A stretch of 64,000 nt of DNA from Eledone cirrhosa (lineage: Eukaryota), in the NCBI GenBank assembly GCA_964016885.1, contig OZ024748.1:57536001-57600000 (forward strand), read 5' to 3'. The position numbers and the translations under genes were made by a program. Positions within the stretch are counted from its first letter, which is position 1; the number at the start of each line of letters is the position of its first letter. The notes below the pieces were generated by a model. The model was not told the DNA's origin. It made no database searches and saw only the letters and a list, made by a program, of their open reading frames with translations. Below, piece by piece: positions 45,760 to 59,820 of this stretch.

Positions 45760-46019
45760 ATGGGTAGTTACCACAATACTGGTTTGTATTTATTTTTCTT
45801 GATTTATTCTTAAAATGAGTCTAGCAAACCCTATTGTCTGTAGTTAGTATTTTTTTCACCTTAGCGATTCTGGTCCATTACGATTGGAACACATACATGT
45901 ATATGTCTGTGTTCGTTTTTCCTTTTTGTTCAGTTATACTATACGCCTCGGAAAAACCTTTTTCCTAGAGCTAATTTGACTGTAATGAGACTATTTTGAG
46001 TTTCTAACACAATACATGC

Positions 46020-46094
<75 letters not shown>

Positions 46095-48765
46095 CCGGCT
46101 CTTTACAGTTTAATTCAAATCCTCTCGAGGTCAATTTCGACTTTTATACCACCAACAGAGATACATAAACATATCAGTTACTTAACAGGGTCAACAAATT
46201 AAAATATTCGTGGTGTTCTGTAGTCGATATCAATTTGAAACATTGAGTGCTTGTACAAAATATGTACAAACACTGAAGGCCTCACATTAAGATTATAGCT
46301 GGCAGGGACATGAGATGATATTTTCATTATCTATTAAAATAAACTGCCAAAGTCAATTATAATTTAAAAACGAAAATTGTATTGAATAAATAATGAATGA
46401 AAATTTCTTCAATATTCATACTTCACTGCTAACAAAATTGTAATAAAATTATATATTTATTTTATCTAATTCTTGAATATGCATACATAAAATATTAATG
46501 CATTTGAATTTTATGTCCCTAACCGCGATGGTTTCCACAGATGATGAAAGCATATTGTAAGTTAAGGAATGGTTAATTTTATTATTTAACATTCGCCTAA
46601 AACATTTAAATAATAATATCATCGTATAATTTAAGGTGCAAGCATAAAACCATTTTTATATCATGTAACTTCGCAAATTGATGTTTGTCCTATAAAAAAT
46701 GGAACCAACGATATTTTATCGTGCATTAAAATATTTCATTCTAATTTTGTACAGGCAATTATTTTAAAATTATCTCTCGGTTAAAAAGTATTATCATTTT
46801 ATTTAAATATCAATATAATTAATATTGGAGTTAGAATGGACCTCCACTCGTTGTTCGATCATCGGAATATCTTGCTCATGAAATTACGTACAAGAGAACT
46901 AAAAATTCCAAAGACATGTGCACACTTAACTGAATTTCCGGTGAGCTTCAGTGTGACACATTGCGACTATATAATTTACAGGCGCAATCCATCCGACGAG
47001 CATCCAAACAGTTACCATTTACCAAATTTAACATGGAAAAGTACATGGCAATCGTGCTAGTTACGATGCAATGTCGCAGTACTTGGAACAATGCATGCGA
47101 AGTGAACTTCTTAAATATACGGCCATGCTGCAGTCATTCACTTACTAATATATTGCAATTGATATTACAATATATATTACAATATATTATTATTCATTAT
47201 AATATTATGATATTTTGTTTTTCCTTTTCTTATGCATAATCTGCCCCCCACCCATTTCTCTTCAATATGGGAAATTTAATTTTTATTTTATTCTATTTCC
47301 CGTTTGGAATTTTTTTCTTACTTGTCTCACTTTTATTACTTCTACCCCTGCTTCTCATGGTAGCAGCAGGTTAATATGTAATTCCACTGTGTGCCAAAAT
47401 ACGAATTTTGGCAATGAAAACTTTTACTCAAAGTTGAAATAACCTGTTTAAGAAGCCCGCAAGGTGTGTTGGCTGGTTATGTCTGCAGCAATGCCTTTGG
47501 CATTTTGTTCATGGAGCACAGACGAAACACCATTCTCACTTAGGTATAGAGTCTTTCAACCTCTCCCTTTCCCTCTTTCTTTCGTCGCTTAACAATCCAA
47601 ATCCTTGTTTCATAAATTCTAAGCAGAAAATTGGTGTTTATTAAAAGATCTCCCCAAGGAAGTTTTTTCTGTTAAAATCTGAAGAAAAACTTGAAAATTT
47701 AATCTGTCACCTAATCCTTGTGCTGATTTCTCACGCAATTTTATTTACATCGACACATTTTACTCACGCAAATTTTCTCTACGGAAATAAAGAAATCTGA
47801 TAATTTTCTCAAATGCGATTAATAAAATGTTATATTCTAAGCTCTATACACTAGACTATGATAAGAAATAATTTGAAATTTTCGTACGCATAATATAGAA
47901 TGATACAATACTTAGTTAAAAGATAAACTTAACATGGAAAGAGAGAAAGAAAATGAAACGAAGATGCTATTCAATAATCATAATTATCAATAAGCCTGTT
48001 GTATTTGTTGTAGTTGTTTAGTTCCATCTCCACGTCAACTATGGCCGAGCAAACAATTTATGAATGTCATTCACGCTGTGACTATGTGTCATATCTACAA
48101 ACGTAGTGCATGAAGAGCAGCATAAAACAGTGTTTTCTACGTTTGTTTAAAATATGTGTAGTAAATGGTATAGGGGATGAATTGACAGCCATTAGAGCGT
48201 TGGATAAAATTATTTGCTGTATTTGTTTCAGACCCATAAGTATAATGTTCGTATTGATCAACTTAGAATTTCACACTTTCCTGCTCGATAAATAAAGTAG
48301 CGATCCATGTAGTATGGTCGATTCTTCCTCTTTGCCAATGTGTTTCTCTAGCAATTCCTCCCTCCTCTATATCTATCCACTTATCAAAACGACGACGTCA
48401 GTATTTAGATCTGGAGGGTTCAGTATCTGTCGGGTTTAAATACCCAAGTATATCACCACTGGGCCTCAACAACTTGATCAGGCGTTCAAGGCCCATGACC
48501 CGGGGATGGATTAACTAATTTTATGGGGATATGTAGTTTCTATTTCCAGTAAGTGATTCATACTACGTGTGTCATTACCTTTTGATATCTAGAAATACAT
48601 TTATCGATGTAGTACACTAAGGTGTTAGTTTAGGGAAATTAGCTGCTATCTCTAGCTATAAGATTAGGCCTCCTTTCCCATTGACTGCATACTGTATTTT
48701 TGTTGAATAATTGCGTATATGTTGTATGGCCTGAGAATTAAATAAGAAAGTATATTTTCTTGTCT

Positions 48766-49967
48766 GCAACATAATAAATTGTCAATAGGAGGTATATTTG
48801 TTGTCGTGTTGTTTAGCTCCAGGTCAGACTGACTGAACTGCCATATGATTAAAGCCATTCACGCTGAGACTGTCTTGTCACTCTAGAGATATGTAGAATT
48901 ACATTGCTCAATTAATTCCTACACACATTTACACTGACAGGGTGTTTCAGTATCTTGAGAGTTTGCTGCTTTTTCTAACAGGTCTAGCTATCATATAAAT
49001 GTTTCCTTGCTGGTTGGTGAATAGTAGTGTGGTCACAGCAACCGTAAGAAAAGTAGATACCACGAATCAGATGTTCTTTGACCAATATCAATTTAAGGAT
49101 TGAGGGAAATAGCAGAAAATAACTCCACTGTCAGAGAATGCTTCACATACAATAACAATGAGCACGATACTTTATTTTGGGGACAACTAAAATTGCTTCT
49201 TCAAGTCAGAAGAGACTGTGTTTTGTCCGGATAGTTTAATAGGCGCATTAGCTGTGTCATCCTCTATTTTAAGATAAGCAAATACTGCGGCTTGTACGGC
49301 CGATTCCTCTTTGCAACGGTCACCGCTGAGACCTCAGACCTCCTCGGACGCAGTACACTGACCTTCTGCCTATAATCGGAATGGCTCCAGCCCGTCAGAG
49401 GAAAGAGACCCGCAATGTGGGCTGGCTGTAGCAGCGGGTGTCACTGGCCATTGTCCGCGGCAATGCCATGGTCATTTTACTCGCAATGTGCAGCGAAACA
49501 CAACTCTGACTTGCACTCTCTTCCTTTACCTCTTTGTTTTGTTGCTTAATTATTCTTTCCTTTCTTTTCATCTCATTTATAGTCTTTTGCAATGCTTACT
49601 GTTTCCTTTGATTTAATTTTATTGATCTGTTTCTTTTGTATATTTCTTATTCATTATATATATTATATACCGTATTTCCCGGCGTCGAAGGCGCTACTTT
49701 TCCCCTAAAATAAGTCTAAAAAATCTACCATATGTCCTGGAGACCGAATATTGTTTATTTATTTCAAATTTTGGGTTGTCAAAATTAGCGTGCGTCTTCG
49801 TGGACGGGAAATACGGTACATATTGTTTATATATACAAAAATATAGTTAGGCATGATTTGTGTGAAATTTAACCTCTATTTCTAGCAACATAATAAATTG
49901 TCAATAGGAGGTATATTTGTTGTCGTGTTGTTTAGCTCCAGGTCAGACTGACTGAACTGCCATATGA
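48766..49967. repeat. Identical 83 bp direct repeat 1119 bp apart
   Basis: gcaacataataaattgtcaataggagg...gaactgccatatga at 48766-48848 and 49885-49967. Confidence 0.9.
49670..49816. mobile_element. pogo/Tc2-like MITE
   Basis: TA-ccgtatttccc ... gggaaatacgg-TA, perfect 11-12 bp TIR with TA duplication. Confidence 0.8.
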
Positions 49968-50526
49968 ACAGACATTCTCTAGTTTAAACGAATACACAAG
50001 TTTTTTGTTTTTTTTCATTTAATAGTTTGACATTGTGAATGCACTATCACGAATATAAATTGTTACTTAAAAATATTAACAAGATTAATACCAATCACGA
50101 CACGAAAAAAAAAAGGTACAAACTTAGTATTTTTTTTTGTCAAACTTTGAGATTAACATGAAATCGAATTCATGATCAAATCGTTCAGTGTAGATAGAAA
50201 CAGTCAGTTAGAGGAGTATAATTACACAACAGGAATCTTTGAATTCTGGTTGCCATATTTAAAGTCGTTCTAAACTTTATGGACAAAACGTGTTTGAGAA
50301 TAGCAAACATGCCTTTAGTTAGGAGGAGAAACACTTATAATTTCACTTTTCCTAGTATTACCTTCTAAATTTGATGAATTTTCCATTCTATTATTCTGAT
50401 CCGTGACATACGCAGAATGTATCTCTTAATTGATTCTTATCAACCGGAACATTCAATATTACCAACTTCATTCCATTCCCTGAATTTTGTCTCATATCAC
50501 ATACTTTACTTATTACATTTGCAACC

Positions 50527-50578
<52 letters not shown>

Positions 50579-53500
50579 ATTTTACTAAACCCGGCAAGGT
50601 AATGTTGTTAGTGAAGACATTAAACACAACTGAATCGAAAACGACAACGTTATCAAAAGTAAAACTAAAACCTAAAAGGCAACAACAACAGCAACAATGA
50701 GGACTATGACGATGACCAAAACAATAACAACAGGAACAAGGATGTCGACGACGATATAACCACAACAACAACGACGACAATAAAGGCAAACAAGTAACAT
50801 AATATCAACAACGTAACACAACGCAAGTCGATAAAAGTTGATTTCGTATGAGAAAATGCTTAAAGATATAAACTGTATTGTCTCCTCCCCCGAAACTAAT
50901 ATAACAGAAATGGAAAAAAATATAAAATTCGTGACATTGCCAATGGTAGTAGTGAAAAGAAAATCAGTTATTCAGAATCAATTTTCAGTAAAACTTTCAG
51001 AATCTGTTTTTCTTTAAAAGCAAACTAGAATTGGCTTCAGGAATACATTTGCGTCTCAACCAATATGAAAATGCTTCATCTGTGAGGCTGATGAATAGCT
51101 TTTCGGACACTTTTCTCTCTGAATCTTTGCAATTTTTAACAGAGTAAGATCAATTGATACATCTTTATTTATTCCATATTTATTTTTGTTATTTTCTTGT
51201 CGATTTTCTTTCAAGAAATCTCTGTATTAACCTCCAACTTTTTTCTTCTAACTGGTATCTATGTATTTGTATTCAGTTGATTTCTTTGATTATAGCTGAC
51301 TCCATGTTAAGATAGTTCGACCCTTCTGGTGCCTCCCTATCAAATCCCTTACAGTTCTCTTTAGAATTGTTTCTTTTAAAATGGTTATCAACTTGTTTAT
51401 CTTTTCCCTAAACAAAGCTTGGAATCAATAAATCCAGTTCATCGAATACATTTATGTTTTGTTGATGAATGAAATTTTAAAAAATGTATTCCCATCTTAT
51501 CAGTCAAAGCATATGTATAATTAATGGGTTCGTATATTCAATAGTTGATATTTTATGCTATAATCACCCATGTTCAGTCCACTACCAACATTATACGTAT
51601 TCTAAATTGAAGTTGGTAGATCTAGATGGAGGTGATGGCACCGGTTGGATGAGAAAAAATTAACATTAGCCGCTTTAATCCGACCAGTATTGGAGGAACT
51701 ATGAATTCTAGTTGTAAACACTCGGACCCTTGTAGCACTTAATATTAAATTACGGAAATTAAGTGTTCACAATTTAACACCTATTTTTCATATTTCCAGA
51801 ACTTGGTTTTCCGATTACTTCCTTCCATTTCTGGACTGTAGGCTGAGATAATGTATTAGTTAATATCGTTTGTGTCACTTCAAAGTAACTTCATTACTCG
51901 ATTGTAATATACGACAGTCGCCTGAAAAAGTTCCTATGATGTGTGATGCTAGCTCTGCGAAATCTTGCGTGCATTAATTTCAACTGTTGTTGACAACTGC
52001 ATTGTTTGTTTCCATGGACTATGTTGAAAAAAGTATCCCTCGTTTGGTCATTCTCTGAGTGTATCTTGGTTAGCATCAGAAATATTTAGTCGACCCTCGT
52101 ACTGTAAAGTAGGGTATTAATAAAACTTCGTAGTTGGGAGGATTTTTATCTTTTCGATATTTAACCCATTACCTATCCTATCGTGAGAACACCGTAATAA
52201 ATGCCTCAAATTCTTAATCATCGCAAAATCTAATAGTAATAAATAAATAAATGATGAAATAAGAACTTTATCAAACGACTATAATCAATATATTCATGCT
52301 TCAATTGGATGTTAGATTATGTCACACAGAGACCTTACAATTTTACAGTATGTTTTCACGTTAAATATTTATAATCTTGTATGTAAATATGCAGTTATTT
52401 AAAATAAAAATCGTTTACCGGTTTGTAGTAAGAATTCAGATGTGTTAATATTTGTTGTTCTGGTGAAGGTCTATTCATATTTTAAATGAAAAACACCCGA
52501 GAATATTGTAATGGAATACCAGCCCATAGGAATTGAGATCAAACTATTCTATTGTTAGTTCTTTGTGTATTTGGACAGTGTGTTTAAATTTATATTACTC
52601 GGGTTAAACAGTATGTACCATTAATATTTTTCTTTGCTTTTTGAGCCACTCCTTAAATATCTTGTATATTTCGTGAATAATATCAACACGATATTTATAT
52701 GCATTATAATGCAATTGTCTTCCATCAGATTCTACGATAGATGTTCCATTTATTAGATAAACGAAATAGTCCATTCATAAGCTTAACTTGCAAGATCCTG
52801 AGAATTCCATTGACGTATTTTTCAGTCGAGTACCAGAGTTTGTGTGGAAAACCTGGACTTTTGAATTACAAGACCATTTCTTCAAAAGATTAAGAGAAGA
52901 AATTAGTTCGTAGCTCTATATATTTTATCATATTTTTAACTGCAATTCCCATTGTGGTAGCTTTCAAACAAAATATTATTACAAAATATTATTTTTTACA
53001 TTTGAATAAAACAAATCATTAGTAGTAAAACATTGACACCCACTGATATATAGATTATTCAGCAATATATGATAAATACAATATGCTGAAAACAGTATTA
53101 TAGTTTTAAATTTGTAAAAAATAAACATTAATTTTATGTGCACATTTCCAAAATCACAATTCCTTGAACTATATTGGTAAAATGTACTTCAAAGTAAGAT
53201 TACTTTTGAAAATGAAAGAGCAGGAAGTATTAATAGCAAATCTCGATATATTAGAAACATTATCAGCAGTGAGAAAAACGTAATTTATATCTGTTAGCCA
53301 TGTGTTTCGAACGGTTAAAAAAAACATATTTGAAACATTTGAGGCACTTAGTAAAATAACAAAATGTTTCATTAATTAAACAGATGTTTGGAACATTATT
53401 TAACAAAAGTTTCTTGCAGAAAATTATGATGGAAGGTATTAATACGAGTATGAATAGTTTCAAACTGGCAGTTATATAATCATAGAAAAGGGAGTGGATT

Positions 53501-54066
53501 CAGGCGAATTGGTTAACCAAATATTGTGAAGAAAAACATATTAAAAAAGAACGTAGCGAGACATGTTTACGCAGCTTAATATCGATTTTAGTGGAGATAT
53601 TAATTTTCACAGCCACTCGTGCGTATGTTTTCAGTCACAGCCAGTAAGCCCCAAGAGAAATCCATTCCATCAAGCTGGTTTTTCCTTAAACAACTAATGA
53701 CATGTAGAGGGAAGTTTTATGGCAATTCAATAAACCGTGTCAATGTGTCGATAAGTTTAAAAACTTATGGAAAATTTGAGAGTATTTTGCCGTTGGATAT
53801 AAGACTTGAAATCTGATTGCACTAAATGTGGAAGTCATTGATCAAAGCTTATCATATCTTGTAATTGATGTATGTATTCTTAATAAGGAATATGGATTGA
53901 AGGTATAGAATGTCTATTAGTCATTTGTCTATTTGCGTAATAAATTAAAACATTTCAGAGGTAAAACAGATAAAGTATAGCCTGTAACAAAAACATTTTG
54001 TAGCAATGATTATTTCAACCATGATATCAATTAACGGCAGGATTTGCATGAGTAATCACAAATAAT

Positions 54067-54252
54067 TGTTTCTACTTTTGGCACAAGGCTAGCAATTGTC
54101 CCAGTGCATTACTGCTACTTTATTTCATCGACCCCGTAAGGATGAAAGGAAAAGTTAACCTCGGCGGGATTTGAACTCAGAATGGCAAGGGCCGCAACTC
54201 TATGCGTCATAGCATGGCGTCCGACCCTCTACCGATACTGCCAACCCACCGC
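54067..54252 (-). mobile_element. SINE family A with 20 bp TSD
   Basis: TSD catgagtaatcacaaataat 54047-54066 / 54253-54272. Confidence 0.93.
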
Positions 54253-54780
54253 CATGAGTAATCACAAATAATGATGTTTGTTTCTAAATCCATACAATCA
54301 TATAAAACATCAAAAGCTTACCATAATATAATGTTTAAACATTTTACGCACACATTCTATATAAATAAAGCCGTCCTAATCAAATTTGGCTGATCAGTAT
54401 ATTAAAGCAATAGAAAGGTATTTAACACCTAAATATTTAAAATGAAAATTCACTTTTTTTGTTACCTGGAAGCCGTAATTGATTTAAGTATATATGAAAT
54501 ATCTAAGTGTAGATGAAGTTGCGTAATAAATCAATCGTTTAGGAACACAACATATTAAAATAAATAATGGTGGAGATTGATTGATTAAATAACATCTGTT
54601 ATAGGAGTATAATTATTGTAATTTACTCAAGCTAAGATTGAACGATTAATGATGAAACTTATGTAAAATATAAATTTATAGGACTTATAACTTCTAGAGA
54701 GAAATATTACTAACTAATCTTACACCAGTAATACGTTTGTAAGATTTAATCGTCTCTAATATTACTTTAGGATCAGAAGA

Positions 54781-54926
54781 GGGTGGATTAGCACCATCAG
54801 TAGAGCATCAGACACTATGCTTTGTGGCATAAAAATACGGCCCTTTACATTCTGATTTCAAATCCTACCGAGCTTAGCTTTGCCTTTTCCTCTTACGGGA
54901 TCGATAAAATAAAATACTAGTAACAC
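54781..54926 (+). mobile_element. SINE family A, degenerate, 3' truncated
   Basis: ggtggattagc..ttcaaatcc..ttacgggatcgataaaataaaatac. Confidence 0.7.
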
Positions 54927-54960
54927 ACACACAAAATATATACATGCACATATATTTGTG

Positions 54961-54993
<33 letters not shown>

Positions 54994-55094
54994 ATATATA
55001 TATACATATGTGTGTGCGTGTATATATGTGTGTGTATATATGTATATGTATGTGTGTATATATGTATGTATGTGTGTATATATATCTGTCTATA

Positions 55095-55145
<51 letters not shown>

Positions 55146-55170
55146 CTGTCTCTATATATCTGTCTATATA

Positions 55171-55204
<34 letters not shown>

Positions 55205-55236
55205 CAGAGTAGTAACACAACAGTTAGGTCACCATA

Positions 55237-55277
55237 CCGAGAACAATTGTTTCACCTTATGCGGATCTTCAGCCCAG
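55237..55277 (-). ncRNA. Minimal type I hammerhead motif
   Basis: Minus: ctggg CTGAAGA tccgcataaggt GAAA c-aatt-g TT ctcgg; palindromic ACAAUUGU stem III, GUU site. Confidence 0.72.
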
Positions 55278-55385
55278 ACTGGTCATATACCCCCCACTCT
55301 CAAGCGTGAAACTAATATTAACATATGTACTTCCTCTTCGCTTCCACGTTGTTTTTGTTTACTGTCGCAGCTATAATATTTATAT

Positions 55386-55604
55386 GGCGGTGGATTGGCA
55401 GTATCGGTAGAGAGTCGGACGCCATACTTTGCAGCAAAGAGTAACGGCCCTTTGTCATTCTGAGTTCAAATCCCGCCGAGGTTAACTTTGCCTTTCATCC
55501 TCATGGGGTTGATAAAATAAAGTACCAGTCATGCAGCGGGGTCGATTTAATCGACTTTCCCCTACCCCAAAATCACTGGCCTTGTGCCTATATAAGAAAC
55601 CAAT
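55386..55604 (+). mobile_element. SINE family A, long variant
   Basis: Full core plus ggggtcgatttaatcgactttccc segment. Confidence 0.9.
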
Positions 55605-56572
55605 ATATATATATACAGAGAAAAAGACATAAATTTCATTGCAGGAAATAAATGAATGTATTAAATATAGTGAGCTGTAAACACATTACGAAGTACGATC
55701 AAGGTGAACTGCGACTACAGTTTGTCTCAGTTTTACAACAGTAAACTATTCATGTAAGTCTCAGCACATCATTTCCTACTCAAATATATATTCTCTATAA
55801 AAACAAAACAAAAGAATCATTTATCTATACGAAAACATATTTTTATGTACTGTCTTATTTGGGAATAGTTTATAGCAAATGAAATTACTCGTTGTCTGTT
55901 CGTCTATAGAAGGTCAGGATTTCCATAACTTAATTCATCTATGATATAACATTGGCATATGCAAATTAAAGGCTGTCGAGTTGTCGTATAGGCCAAAAGG
56001 TTGTAAGTGGAAATATGTATTAAATTAACACTGCCATTACTACTAACCTAAATAGCATACGATAATATAAATATTCATATATTATTCTTCCATTAATAAT
56101 GGCGAACATATTTCTGTTAATGATGACAACCATTATCCATTCGTTGTCATATTTTAGTCCTCTGTTAATTTATTTTCGTCTCAAACGTGTAATATTTTCA
56201 AACGGGAATACTTCCATGCAATGCCTGATATTTTCAACAATTTTATAACTGAATTACATTTCAATGTCATAAGGTCAGGAATGTTATTAATCCTAGATCG
56301 ATTATCTAAATAGTGGTCAGTTTTGGACATGGCAGATGGACAGATTTTGTTTATTGATCGACTCTTCTATATATTTGGCCGACTCTGTTGTTTTCTTAAA
56401 ATAAACTACATTAATTATTAGGTGACAACCTGGTAAAGTCATTAGGACGTTGAATAGAATGGTTTCATTGTTCGTTTCGGTTCTCTGCACTATGAGTTCA
56501 AAAATAATCGATATTCCCCTTTCCTTAAATTAATGGCTTCGTGTCAATGTTAGTAATTATTATTACTTACAT

Positions 56573-56768
56573 GGTGGATTGGCAGTATCGGAAAAGTGTC
56601 GGACAATATGCTTTGTGGCATCTAGTTAAAATCTCACCATAGTTATATTCGCCTTTAATTCTTACGGGGTCGATGAAATAAAGTACCAGTAACGCACTGA
56701 AGTCAGTGAAATCGACTTTCCACTTACCGTAAATTGTTGAACTTGTTCCTAAATCAGAAACCCTTATT
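56573..56768 (+). mobile_element. SINE family A, degenerate long variant
   Basis: ggtggattggcagtatcgg..cttacggggtcgatgaaataaagtaccag. Confidence 0.75.
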
Positions 56769-58123
56769 TGCTATTCTGAAAGCACTCAAATGTTACTCTT
56801 CGTATTCTATAGCACCAAACCTTGTAAACGGTAGGTCATCTCCATCATCTGAAAATACCCAAAAGAAGTTTCGTCTCTAAACAATAAGATAATTGCATCA
56901 AAATTCTTTCCGTCCTCAACTTTATCTCTATATTGTCTGTAACTATAAGAATTCGAAGAAAGACATGGGAATACCACCACCATCAACTAAAACAACAACC
57001 ACAACGATGACAGTTGCAGACAGCAACCTAGCTGTACTGAGGACAGCAACAACATGGGTAATTTTACAGAGAACGACTTCCCTATTTAATGTACTCCCAG
57101 ACACCCAAATAATAAGACAACCAGAAAATAGTGATCTTCACGACCGACATCGAGAATTTAACAACTAACCTCAAATTTCATTATATAAAGAAAAAAATCT
57201 GGCAGAGTATGGCGATGTGGCTCTTTACCCAAACCAAACAACTATCCCTGGACTCCATCCCCCGAGGTGATTTATCTCTCGGACTATGGAGGTGGGGAAA
57301 TGAAAATAACACGCATTCAACTATTGTGAATGCCTTAACCATAGTGGCTAACAACATCAACAGAACAGGTGACCACGGGCCAACAGAAAACTTCAGAAAC
57401 TGCAAAGGTGCCAAAACGTTTACAGCAAATGTGAGGGTCTTGATGGTGGCGTTTTCACAGAAGCCGTGCATTACTGACGTATGGATTTATTGAGCACTTT
57501 CTTTCACGTATAGCCTGAATTTGTCTGTCAGCTGAGAGCATCGTGAAAATCACCTTACTGCATCTTCTTTTAGCCAGACAGAGGAGGTCCTTTATATCTG
57601 CTTGGTGGCTTGTCAATATATATTAAATTAATGTGTCTTAAAGTGTTGAGGATAAACACATTTCTCTTCGCTTGAGATCTAATTAACTTTTTCAAGTTTC
57701 TCGTAAAGAAGAATATCAGAGTGGAGATGGAAGTGCTGCCTTGTTGAATGGTGGATGAGAATGGCGAAATTGTCCGAGCAAAAAACGCTGTTCTAAGTGT
57801 GCCCCAGTAAATTGGAGGAAGACAACTCGGTGTAGCGACCAGGGTAACCGAGGGTTTATATGGGCTTTCTCCACGAGTGACACCCCAAAATCTCCTCTCT
57901 ATTTCGGAATTATTTTTATTCGTTTCGAATATTTTCAATTATTTGTTGCCTTCTTTTTATCATTTTCCTCACGCAAAATACAACTTTATGCCATCCTGTG
58001 TTCTCTTTAAAGTTGTCTTAATGTTATTACAGTCTAGCTGATAAAGAAATCACCATCATCATTACAATCACCATCGTTAACATAATAATAATAGTAATAA
58101 TAGTAATAATAATAATGGTAATA

Positions 58124-58307
58124 ATAATTGTTTCTACTTTAGGCACAAGGCCAGCAATTACCCAGTGCATTACTGGTACTTTATTTCATCGACCCCGTAA
58201 GGATGAAAGGCAAAGTCAACCTCGGCGGGATTTGAACTCAGTTCGTAAAGGGACGTAACTATGCTGGAAAGCATGGCGTCCGACCCTCTACTGATACTGC
58301 CAATCCA
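58124..58307 (-). mobile_element. SINE family A
   Basis: Full-length match, (TAA)n-like tail. Confidence 0.9.
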
Positions 58308-58820
58308 GGATATGATATTCGTAATATTACTTTTTTATGTCCCAATACTTTATGAGATTTGGACCAAAGTTTCCTTATTCAGCCATAAATCCTTATGTTA
58401 AGCAACAAACAGCGAAACATCACCCCGGTTCCTGTTAAGACAATGGACCTAGCTTGTCAAATGATAAATGCTTTGAAGTCATATTTACAGATGAGAAATT
58501 AATGTCATAAAGCTTCAAAGAATATTTTGATTTTCTTTTTATATATTTGTCATGTCATGTATATTTTCGAATTTGTATTGTAATTTGTATTGGAAGTTTT
58601 CTCGAAGTTCGGTGTCTGTATATGCATATCCCTCCACACCAAAACACACATGCACACACATATACTCCTGGACGCTTTTAGTATCCAACACCAATTATAT
58701 ATATATCTATATATAGTATATAATATATATATATTGTATAATATATATATATATATGCATACACATATAATTTACACATATAATATACACATAAGTGTCT
58801 TGTTTACTTTTACCCACATA

Positions 58821-58867
<47 letters not shown>

Positions 58868-59629
58868 AATCTTCAAGGCAAACACACCCTCACATATGTT
58901 ATTATATATATGAGCGACTGTGTGCATAAGGTCATATGGATTCATGAATTATATGTATTTCCCCACTTCTGTGTCCATGTGTTTGTATTGTGACAATGCA
59001 AAAGTTTATATGTGTCACCTCCTATAAATCTAAGGCTGTCTTTTCTTAACGTTCTCCTTTGAAATATACTGTAAACAATGCCACTCATAAATTGAATGTT
59101 TTGTTAAGATTGTGTTTCATCATAAACCGATGCATGGTACAAACCTAAAAACAGATAGATGAAATGTTTCGCATTTGATTGTTGTAACTGATTGTATTCT
59201 GAATTCTAAGCGTGGCAAATGTCAAATTTACTATTCATTCTTCCAGCCGTTGATATATGTTTCTGTTCTCCCATTGGATTGTATAGGTAAAAAAATGTAA
59301 AGCTGTGTCATAATAGACATTTTAAAAATTATTGTGGTGGTATATGATAATATATTGGGAGAATTGTTTGAGCATAAGTCAAATCATGTGTGGTATTTTT
59401 TCGGTTATTTATGTTCAAATATCCCCGATATCACTGAGATCAACTATATCTTTCATCCTCACTTTATTTGTATAATAAAGTTACAGTCAAGTCCGGGGTA
59501 GATTTAATCAACTTACAACTTCAGCCTCTCTCCATATCGCTAGTTGCCTCACTATATTAGACACAATTATTGGATGATACAGTCTGTAAAACACTTCACA
59601 CAATTTTTACTCATAATTATATAATTAAT

Positions 59630-59820
59630 GGGCGGTGAATTGGCAGTATCGGTAGAAGGTCGGACGCCATGCTTTTACGCATAGAGTTACGGCCCTTGCC
59701 ATTCTGACTTCAAATTCCGCCGAGGTTAACTTTGCCTTTCATCCTTACGGGGTCGATAAAATAAAGTACCAGTAATGTACTGGATAATTGCTGGCATTGT
59801 GCCAATAGTAGAAACAAATA
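59630..59820 (+). mobile_element. SINE family A
   Basis: Full-length match. Confidence 0.9.

Larger units (their letters stand above)
44954..45938. mobile_element. ~1 kb palindromic hammerhead element
   Basis: Left arm 44954-45320, 52 bp spacer, right arm 45373-45938 (includes a SINE insertion); (TA)n at left and at 46024. Confidence 0.92.

Noticed and set aside
56950-57493. Possible LINE ORF1 remnant with degenerate zinc knuckle (RNCKGAK)
   Set aside because: Motif incomplete and needs a frameshift; cannot support without a search
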